Part shown: positions 56,991 through 64,000 of the stretch, piece after piece | Layout: each line of letters opens with the position of its first letter | Numbering within the stretch: the stretch's first letter is position 1 | Source: a bacterium | GTDB taxonomy: Bacteria; Patescibacteriota; Minisyncoccia; UBA6257; Colwellbacteraceae | Direction of reading: 5' to 3' | DNA: 64,000 bases | NCBI GenBank assembly: GCA_021787205.1 | Contig: JAJYME010000007.1 | Location: 74,334-138,333 of the forward strand | The notes under the pieces: generated by a model | Databases searched by the model: none | The model's input: only the letters and a program-made list of their open reading frames with translations | What the model was told of the DNA's origin: nothing | Made by a program: the position numbers and the translations under genes

Positions 56991-57290
56991 TTAAATAGCT
57001 GATTTTACAGGGGACGACCCCGATCCGGCTGGTTGGGCCTCCTTGGTTTCCGGCAGCGCCTCGGCGGGAACCGGAGCGGTCGTTGGCTTTGCGCCACCAA
57101 TGCTCAATTCAGCCGCCTGGCTGAGATTGAACTTATCACTGGTCGCAGTCACCTCAGGGATATTAGTCACCTCACCAACTTCCCTTACAAGCCAGACGAG
57201 AGAACCTATCAGAATGCCGGTAAACAAGACTATGACCAAGATACTAATGGCAATTATTCTTTTATCGTTTTCCGATTTCTTATTCTTCAT
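56991..57290 (-). CDS. Small membrane protein, possibly pilus-associated
   Basis: One TM helix, Pro/Ala tail; directly downstream of the PilO-like gene. Confidence 0.65.
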   Translation of the reverse strand: MKNKKSENDKRIIAISILVIVLFTGILIGSLVWLVREVGEVTNIPEVTATSDKFNLSQAAELSIGGAKPTTAPVPAEALPETKEAQPAGSGSSPVKSAI

Positions 57291-57305
57291 TTTTTTGACG
57301 TCAAA

Positions 57306-57818
57306 TTATTTATAAAAAACCTTTCCGGTAATCTTAGCCTGATAGGAAACGCCGCTCTGAGTGTTTATTTCAAAGTTCCCAAACTTGATAAAATAACGGC
57401 TGTTCTCGAGATCCTTAAGAAAGGCAATGATCTTATTATAATCACCGTATATTTCCAAAGAAAAGTTAGCCCTGCCGACTCCCCCTCCTTCCTCCTCGCC
57501 GATAAACTTGATGTCGGCGGCAACGCCGTCGGTAGAAGCGATTTGTTTCACCTCCCCTTGGAAGGTGAAGAGCTGGTTTTTCCCAGGCAGAGCATTCTTA
57601 AGAGGGCTGATATAATTGTCCGCCTTCTTCTCCTCCTGCAGCAACTCGCTGAGATTGTTTTTTATCTTAAGGTTCTCCGCTCGCGTCGTTTTGGCGAGAG
57701 TAATCGAATTCTCCGTCGTCTCAATATCGCGAGCCACAAAAATCACCAATATCGCCAAAGCTGAAACCAAACCAAGACTTATTCCTAATTCTTTTATGAG
57801 AGCTTTTTTGAAATCCAT
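57306..57818 (-). CDS. Type IV pilus assembly PilO-like protein
   Basis: TM plus coiled coil, LKNALP, FSLEIYGDYNKIIAFLKDLENSRYFI. Confidence 0.8.
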   Translation of the reverse strand: MDFKKALIKELGISLGLVSALAILVIFVARDIETTENSITLAKTTRAENLKIKNNLSELLQEEKKADNYISPLKNALPGKNQLFTFQGEVKQIASTDGVAADIKFIGEEEGGGVGRANFSLEIYGDYNKIIAFLKDLENSRYFIKFGNFEINTQSGVSYQAKITGKVFYK

Positions 57819-57852
57819 ATGATTTATTATCGTTTGTAATATAATAACATAT

Positions 57853-58689
57853 ATGCCAATTATTCCAAAATATCTGGAAGAGGCTCTACCGAAGCTTAAG
57901 GATCTTTATATAAGAGGAAAGGAGTTAGAAAAAAACTTTTCCGGAGTCGCTATCGTCGGGACCAGACGCGCAAGCGCCATAGGCGCAGACATCGCCGAAA
58001 AGACGGCTTACGAGCTCGCGAGATATGGAATACCTATAATAAGCGGGTTGGCCGTTGGAATCGACTCAGCGGCCCATAGAGGCGCCCTGAAGGCAGGAGG
58101 AAATACTGTCGCCGTCTTGGGCTGCGGAACGGACATCGTCTACCCCCTTCAAAACAAACCTTTATATGAAGAGATCCTGGGAAAAGGCGGCTCGATCGTT
58201 TCCCAATATCCGGATGGCGAAGTCCCCGGAAGATACACTTTCCTTGAAAGAAACAAGATAATTGCCGGTCTTTCAGTTGCGGTCATAATAATCGAGGCGC
58301 CCCTGCGATCGGGGTCAATCAACACCGCAAACCACGCTATCGATTTTGGAAGAGAAGTCTTGGTTTTTCCCGGTCCTTACAATCATTCGAATTACGGCGG
58401 CAGCCATAAGCTGATCAGAGACGGAGCAAGGCTCGTGAGTTCGGTTGACGACGTTTTAGAAGACTTGAATCTTAATACCTTGTTTCCAAAAACGGCCTCA
58501 AAAACATCCTTTGGAAGCAAAGAAGAGGAAAAGATATTCGAAGCGATAAAAGATAATGGCGAACCGATGACAGTTGACAAAATAATTTCCGCAACTAAAC
58601 TTGAAACGCAGAAGGTGCTGATAAATTTGGCGAAAATGACTGTTTGCGGAATAATTATAGAGACAGGCGGCAGATACGCAATCAAATAA
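57853..58689 (+). CDS. dprA: DNA processing protein DprA
   Basis: VAIVGTR, ISGLAVGIDSAAH, VLGCG, FLERNKIIAGLS, EAPLRSGS. Confidence 0.95.
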   Translation: MPIIPKYLEEALPKLKDLYIRGKELEKNFSGVAIVGTRRASAIGADIAEKTAYELARYGIPIISGLAVGIDSAAHRGALKAGGNTVAVLGCGTDIVYPLQNKPLYEEILGKGGSIVSQYPDGEVPGRYTFLERNKIIAGLSVAVIIIEAPLRSGSINTANHAIDFGREVLVFPGPYNHSNYGGSHKLIRDGARLVSSVDDVLEDLNLNTLFPKTASKTSFGSKEEEKIFEAIKDNGEPMTVDKIISATKLETQKVLINLAKMTVCGIIIETGGRYAIK

Positions 58690-58694
58690 ACGAC

Positions 58695-60827
58695 ATGCCC
58701 ACAAAAAAGACAACGACAAAAAAGACAACCGCCGCCAAGGGCTCCGGCGCGGCTAAAACAAAAAAGACTGTGAAGAAGACAACCTCGAAAAGGAAGGTCT
58801 CGACGAAGACGGAATATGACGCAAACGGGAAGACTTTGATCATAGTCGAATCCCCCACAAAAGCCAGAACCATATCCGGTTTTTTAGACAACACCTACAA
58901 AATAGAATCGTCCTTCGGACATATAAGAGATTTGCCCAAATCAAAATTAGGAATAGACGAGGAAACATTCGAGCCAAGCTATGTAATCCCGACTAAATCG
59001 AGAAAGAGAGTCAATGAACTTAAAAAGCTCGCTTCGGAGGCAAAAGAGACGATTCTCGCGACAGATGAAGACCGTGAAGGAGAAGCCATCGCCTGGCACC
59101 TTAAGGAGATATTAGGGATCAGTGACGCTGATGAAAAAAGGATCGCTTTCCACGAAATCACCAAACCGGCAATCGAAGAGGCGCTGCAACATCCAAGAAA
59201 AATAGAGAACTCGCTAGTCGACGCCCAAACCGCCAGAAGAATCTTAGACAGGTTGGTCGGCTACAAGCTCTCCCCCTTCCTATGGAGAAAGGTAATGAAG
59301 GGCTTATCTGCCGGAAGGGTCCAATCAGCCGCAGTCCGATTGATAGTCGAGCGCGAAGAAGAGATAAGGAAGTTCCTGCCGGAAACTTACTACACCGTTT
59401 CCGCCGACCTTAAGACCGAAGACGGCAAGCAGGATTTCGAAGCCGATCTTTCAAAAATAAACGGTAAGGCCCTGCCTAAGCCGGGAATAAAAACCAAAGA
59501 GGAAGCGGAGAAGATAACTGCCGATTTGAGAGTCGCCGATCTTTCTACGACTGACACCGAAACTAAAGAATCGCGACGCAACCCCTACCCCCCGTTTACG
59601 ACGAGCACTTTGCAACAAGAAGCTTCGAGACGACTGAGGTTATCGGCGAAGATGACGATGAATATTGCCCAGGGTTTGTATGAGAAGGGCTATATCACCT
59701 ATATGAGAACCGACTCAGTCAATCTCTCCAACGAGTCACTGGCGGCGGCGGAGGCTTGGATAAAACAGAACCTTGGCGAAAAATATGCTACCGAGACTTT
59801 CAGGAGGTTTAAGACAAAATCGAAATCAGCCCAGGAAGCCCACGAGGCCATCCGCCCGACCAATCCTTCAAGAGGGGCGGACAGTCTCCATTTGGAAGAA
59901 AGGGACAAGAAGCTCTATGACTTGATATGGAGAAGGTTCATGGCCTCCCAACTGCCACAAGCGGTTTTTGAGCAAAACAGGGCCGTAATTGAAGCAAAGA
60001 CGGGCAAGGAGAATTACGAACTGATTGCTTCCGGAAGCAAGTTGAAATTCGACGGGTTCCTCAAAGTTTGGCCGACGGAATTCGAGGAAAAAACGCTGCC
60101 TTATATTGAAAAAGGATCCCATCCGATATTAATCAAAGCGGCTTTTGAAGAGCACCAGACCGAACCGCCAGCGAGATATAACGAAGCCTCGCTTATCAAG
60201 ACCTTGGAAGATGAGGGAATCGGCAGGCCGTCAACTTACGCCTCGATTGTCTCCGTCATCCAGGAAAGGAATTACGTGGAAAAGAATGAGGCCAAGAGGT
60301 TCGTGCCGACCCAGACCGGAGAATTGGTAAACAAATTGTTGGTTGAAAACTTCCCCGAAGTGGTTGATGTCAAATTTACCGCCTCGATGGAAGAGGAATT
60401 CGATGATATTGCCGAAGGAAAGATCGATTGGAAAACGACCATTGGAAAGTTCTATACTCCGTTCTCCAAGAATCTGGCAGAGAAATACGAAACCGTCGAA
60501 AAACAAAATACCGACGAGCCCTCAGATGAGATCTGTGAGAAATGCGGTAAGCCGATGGTCATAAAAACCGGAAGATTCGGAAAGTTCTTAGCCTGCACCG
60601 GTTACCCGGAATGCAAGAACACCAAGAAAATCTTAAAGGAGGACCTGATCGTAAAGATAAATAACGAACCGGTCATCTGCCCGAAATGCAGGATTGGAAA
60701 TATCATAAAGCGCCGATCGAAAGCGAGAAGGATCTTCTTCGGCTGCTCCAACTATCCCAACTGCGATTACGCCACCTGGGACGACCCGTCAAAACCAAAG
60801 AAAGAAACAAAAAAACAAGACGAATAA
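58695..60827 (+). CDS. topA: DNA topoisomerase I with Lys/Thr-rich N-terminal extension
   Basis: IVESPTKA, ATDEDREGEAIAWH, SAGRVQS, ITYMRTDS, two C-terminal Zn ribbons; start set at ATG 58695. Confidence 0.97.
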   Translation: MPTKKTTTKKTTAAKGSGAAKTKKTVKKTTSKRKVSTKTEYDANGKTLIIVESPTKARTISGFLDNTYKIESSFGHIRDLPKSKLGIDEETFEPSYVIPTKSRKRVNELKKLASEAKETILATDEDREGEAIAWHLKEILGISDADEKRIAFHEITKPAIEEALQHPRKIENSLVDAQTARRILDRLVGYKLSPFLWRKVMKGLSAGRVQSAAVRLIVEREEEIRKFLPETYYTVSADLKTEDGKQDFEADLSKINGKALPKPGIKTKEEAEKITADLRVADLSTTDTETKESRRNPYPPFTTSTLQQEASRRLRLSAKMTMNIAQGLYEKGYITYMRTDSVNLSNESLAAAEAWIKQNLGEKYATETFRRFKTKSKSAQEAHEAIRPTNPSRGADSLHLEERDKKLYDLIWRRFMASQLPQAVFEQNRAVIEAKTGKENYELIASGSKLKFDGFLKVWPTEFEEKTLPYIEKGSHPILIKAAFEEHQTEPPARYNEASLIKTLEDEGIGRPSTYASIVSVIQERNYVEKNEAKRFVPTQTGELVNKLLVENFPEVVDVKFTASMEEEFDDIAEGKIDWKTTIGKFYTPFSKNLAEKYETVEKQNTDEPSDEICEKCGKPMVIKTGRFGKFLACTGYPECKNTKKILKEDLIVKINNEPVICPKCRIGNIIKRRSKARRIFFGCSNYPNCDYATWDDPSKPKKETKKQDE

Positions 60828-60844
60828 AATCGTCTTGTTTTTTA

Positions 60845-62440
60845 TTACATCGGATTCCTGACGCGGCAACAAAGCATCGAACCGGAGGCGAGAGCCGTCC
60901 CTGACCAAGTATAGTAACCGGCGGGGCAAGAGGTCGTAGTTCCGCTGCTATAAGAAACCAGGACGCAGGTGTTATTGTAAGAAACTAGCGGTCCGTGGAT
61001 ATCCAGGAAACCGAAGTTCGAGGTCGTGCTCTGAGTAATGCTCCAGGAGGCGGAGGAATAATCAGTGGTCGTTCTCGTAATCCAGGCATCCACCGACAAG
61101 CGGTAATAATAAGCGCTGTTTCCAATATCACCGAAGGCAATGGCAACGTTGCCGGCGGAATTGATTCCGACATATTTGCTCCAGGAATCAGTGCCTTCGT
61201 CTTGCAGCTTGTAATTGACGACCGCTCCGGTCGCCCCATCGATGCTGCCGGTGCTTCCAGAATAAGGATAACCGACGACAGTAAAATCAACCGAATCCGG
61301 GGTGCCATAGGCATAACCGTGAACCCTGATCCTGAACATCAAGTTTGAGCTTCTCGGAATCGGAGTGTTGATGATCCAGGCGCCGGAAACAGTCCCGTCT
61401 TGAGCCGAGGAAACGACCTCGGGATAAAAGCGTTCGGTGGTATTTCCCCCAACGCTTGTCTTTTGCAACCTCGTCGTGCCGTTGACATCAAGGGTAGTCG
61501 CAGGAGCGCTCGTTCCAATGCCGACCCTGCCATTCTGATCGATTCTCAACCTCTCGTAATTGCCAGCGCTGGCATTCGGAGTCGAATAGAAAGCCAAAGC
61601 CGATCCGTGAGCAGTCGAGGTCCAATTTTCCGTTGCAAAAGCCTGGAGGCCGGTAGACATTCCCGCCATACCTGTTCCGTCATGACCGCTAATACTCAAG
61701 CCTCCGATCGAAGTGCCAGAGGTGACGGCGGTTGGTGACGCTTGAGTTCCTAAAGCGGTCCTGAACCTGATCCAGTTACCGGAGGAACCAAACTCATCCA
61801 TCTCTATTGACGAATTAGCCGAATCAAAAATATGGATCTTAGCCAAAGGGGCCGAGGAGCTGCCAAAGCCGACATTGGTGGGGAAAGCGTAGTTCCCGCC
61901 GCCAGTATTAGCGCCGAAATTGCCCGATGAGACATTGCCGGCAGAAATGGTTCCCGACAAGGGGCCGACGAAGGCGGTCGCCGTAACTGTTCCGTTCACG
62001 TCCAAAGCCGTGCCGGGGTTTGCTTTACCGATACCAATATTACCGGAGGTATCGATAACCAGCCTGTCCGCCGAGGCGGTATTATCCCTGATTTTGAAAT
62101 ACCCGATTGAAGGAGAACCGGAAAAGATTCCCCACTCCCTGCCGCCGACGGCAGTATCGGTCAAGAGATAGACAGGGATAAGACCGGAGGTCTTTGTCGT
62201 CCTCTTGGCGTTAGTAAGACCGCTATCGGGATTAGTGGCGCCAATGCCGACATTACCGTTTGATTTAAGATATAAAGAGTTAGCCGGAGTCGAGGCTTCG
62301 ATATAAATCGAGCCAGTTCCCCCAGTCGGATTGACCGAAGGATCGGAATAAGCCGCAGCCTGATTAAACAGGGATAAAAATAGCGCCGATAAGAATATCG
62401 GCAACAAAAGGGGCGTCCTGTTTTCAAAGATATTTTTCAT
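60845..62440 (-). CDS. Secreted fibre-like protein with GNVGIG repeats and Cys-rich C-terminus
   Basis: Signal peptide; GNVGIG/GNIGIG/GRVGIG..P...LDVNG repeats; terminal C..CPAGY..CC. Confidence 0.78.
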   Translation of the reverse strand: MKNIFENRTPLLLPIFLSALFLSLFNQAAAYSDPSVNPTGGTGSIYIEASTPANSLYLKSNGNVGIGATNPDSGLTNAKRTTKTSGLIPVYLLTDTAVGGREWGIFSGSPSIGYFKIRDNTASADRLVIDTSGNIGIGKANPGTALDVNGTVTATAFVGPLSGTISAGNVSSGNFGANTGGGNYAFPTNVGFGSSSAPLAKIHIFDSANSSIEMDEFGSSGNWIRFRTALGTQASPTAVTSGTSIGGLSISGHDGTGMAGMSTGLQAFATENWTSTAHGSALAFYSTPNASAGNYERLRIDQNGRVGIGTSAPATTLDVNGTTRLQKTSVGGNTTERFYPEVVSSAQDGTVSGAWIINTPIPRSSNLMFRIRVHGYAYGTPDSVDFTVVGYPYSGSTGSIDGATGAVVNYKLQDEGTDSWSKYVGINSAGNVAIAFGDIGNSAYYYRLSVDAWITRTTTDYSSASWSITQSTTSNFGFLDIHGPLVSYNNTCVLVSYSSGTTTSCPAGYYTWSGTALASGSMLCCRVRNPM

Positions 62441-62582
62441 ATGATCTCCCTTTTGGATCTATGTCATAATTCTAACACGGAAAGATAAAATAACTAAGCA
62501 GAAGTTATACACAGCAGAGACTGATGCCGAAAAAATGTCTCTTTGTAAAAAAGCCAGTATTGTGATAAGCTGTCAAATACAC

Positions 62583-64000
62583 ATGGATATCAAGGAGTAC
62601 GTAAAGCTTTATCCGGACAGCTTGATCGCCAGAAGCTATGCTTTTGCCGAGAAGGCCCACTCCGGGCAAAAAAGAGCTTCAGGCGAGGCTTACTTCGAGC
62701 ATCCAAAAAAAGTGGCCGCCTTCCTGCTTGAATGGAACATGGACGAGGAGACGATTGCCGCCGGACTTCTTCATGACGTAGTAGAAGACACCGAATGCAG
62801 CATGGAAGATATCAAAAAGGAATTTGGCGATCACGTCGCCTTTCTAGTTGACGGCATTACAAAGCTCGGACGCGTCAAATACCGCGGGGAAGAAGCCCAA
62901 AGGGAAAATATCAAGAAATTGATATTAGCCTCCTCGGAGGATATAAGAGTCCTCATCATCAAGCTGGCTGACAGGTATCACAACATGCAAACATTGAAGT
63001 ATCTCAAGCCTGAGAAACAGTATCGCATCGCTCTCGAAACTTACGAAATCTACGCCCCCATCGCCTATCGATTAGGAATGCAGCATCTCTCCGGAGAACT
63101 TGAAGACCTGGCTTTCCCCTATATCAACCCCGACGGATACAAGTGGCTCATTTCAAACGTCAAAGTCAAATACGAAGACAGGGAAAAATACCTGCACCGG
63201 ATCAAGCCGATTGTCGTCGCCGCCCTTAGGGATGCGGGAATAGAACCGGTAAAAATAGACTTCCGCGCTAAGAGATATTCAAGCCTTTACAAGAAGCTCG
63301 TCCGCTACGATATGAACATCGAAAGGATCTATGACCTTATCGCCTTCCGTATAATCGTCAACTCGCTAGCCGACTGCTATGCTGCCCTGGGGGTCATCCA
63401 CTCGCTTTGGCCGCCGGTACCGGGACGATTCAAAGACTATATCGCCATGCCAAAACCAAACGGCTACAAGAGCTTGCACACGGTCGTCTTCGGAAAAGGA
63501 AACCAACATCCGATAGAATTCCAAATCAGGACCCAGGAAATGCACGAGAGCGCCGAGAACGGAATCGCCGCCCACTGGGCTTATGAGGAAAAGAAGGGTA
63601 CCCAGGATTACTCGGAGAGAATCGCTTCCATTGCCAAGGAGAAAGAGATCCAATGGGTAAAACAACTGAGAAACTGGCAGAATGAATCATCAGACGACCC
63701 AGATTTCATCGACTCGATGAAAATTGATTTTTTCAAGGACAGGATCTTCGCTGTCACTCCCAAAGGAGAAGTGATCGACTTGCCAGCCGGAGCCACACCA
63801 GTCGATTTTGCTTACAGAATCCATTCGACCGTCGGCGACCAGACGATAGGAGCGAAGATAAACGGCGACGTGGTGCCCTTGGATGCCGAACTCCACTCCG
63901 GAGACGTTTGCGCCGTCGTCACCCAGAAAGGAAAGAAACCTTCATCCGCCTGGCTTGAATTCGTAAAGACCGCCCATGCCAAACAGTGCATCAGAAGGGC
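62583..64000 (+). CDS. RelA/SpoT (p)ppGpp synthetase/hydrolase (runs off the window edge)
   Basis: Read by hand from ATG 62583: AHSGQKRASGEAYFEHP, LLHDVVEDT, KLADRYHNM, GRFKDYIAMPKPNGYKSLHT, TGS domain TPVDFAY. Confidence 0.95.
   Translation, partial: MDIKEYVKLYPDSLIARSYAFAEKAHSGQKRASGEAYFEHPKKVAAFLLEWNMDEETIAAGLLHDVVEDTECSMEDIKKEFGDHVAFLVDGITKLGRVKYRGEEAQRENIKKLILASSEDIRVLIIKLADRYHNMQTLKYLKPEKQYRIALETYEIYAPIAYRLGMQHLSGELEDLAFPYINPDGYKWLISNVKVKYEDREKYLHRIKPIVVAALRDAGIEPVKIDFRAKRYSSLYKKLVRYDMNIERIYDLIAFRIIVNSLADCYAALGVIHSLWPPVPGRFKDYIAMPKPNGYKSLHTVVFGKGNQHPIEFQIRTQEMHESAENGIAAHWAYEEKKGTQDYSERIASIAKEKEIQWVKQLRNWQNESSDDPDFIDSMKIDFFKDRIFAVTPKGEVIDLPAGATPVDFAYRIHSTVGDQTIGAKINGDVVPLDAELHSGDVCAVVTQKGKKPSSAWLEFVKTAHAKQCIRR

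Noticed and set aside
1-64000. Alternative genetic code 25 (TGA=Gly)
   Set aside because: Conserved genes such as pyrG end at TGA and core ORFs are uninterrupted under code 11

Overview
64 kb of a bacterial chromosome that looks like Patescibacteria/CPR (Parcubacteria-like; inferred from gene content, streamlined proteins and type IV pilins). TGA is used as a stop, so the code is the standard code 11. Most genes are housekeeping genes on the minus strand: pheST, a UvrD-nuclease fusion, ftsEX, prfB, pyrG, lepA, secA, gatCA, ligA, rpsF-ssb-rpsR, greA, the infA-rpmJ-rpsMKD-rpoA-rplQ-rplM-rpsI block, alaS, recO, rplS and murI. dprA-topA and a partial relA/spoT lie on the plus strand. The window also holds 8 tRNA genes, a minor-pilin cluster, a surface-protein cluster and a hicBA-like toxin-antitoxin pair. 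The most striking non-standard signal is a family of structured, non-coding ~170-180 bp elements directly downstream of three different tRNA genes (fMet, Gly, Val). They share a two-hairpin core with compensatory base changes, but each has ends matched to its own host tRNA 3' end (one inverted copy and one direct copy). Partial versions sit at tRNA-Thr and tRNA-Asp. Other notable points: RpoA lacks the alpha-CTD, many core genes look leaderless while orphan genes have strong SD sites, a frameshift splits a repeat-rich S74-chaperone surface protein, a candidate ~115 nt structured RNA follows alaS, and several tRNAs are atypical. No database searches were run; all calls come from reading the sequence.
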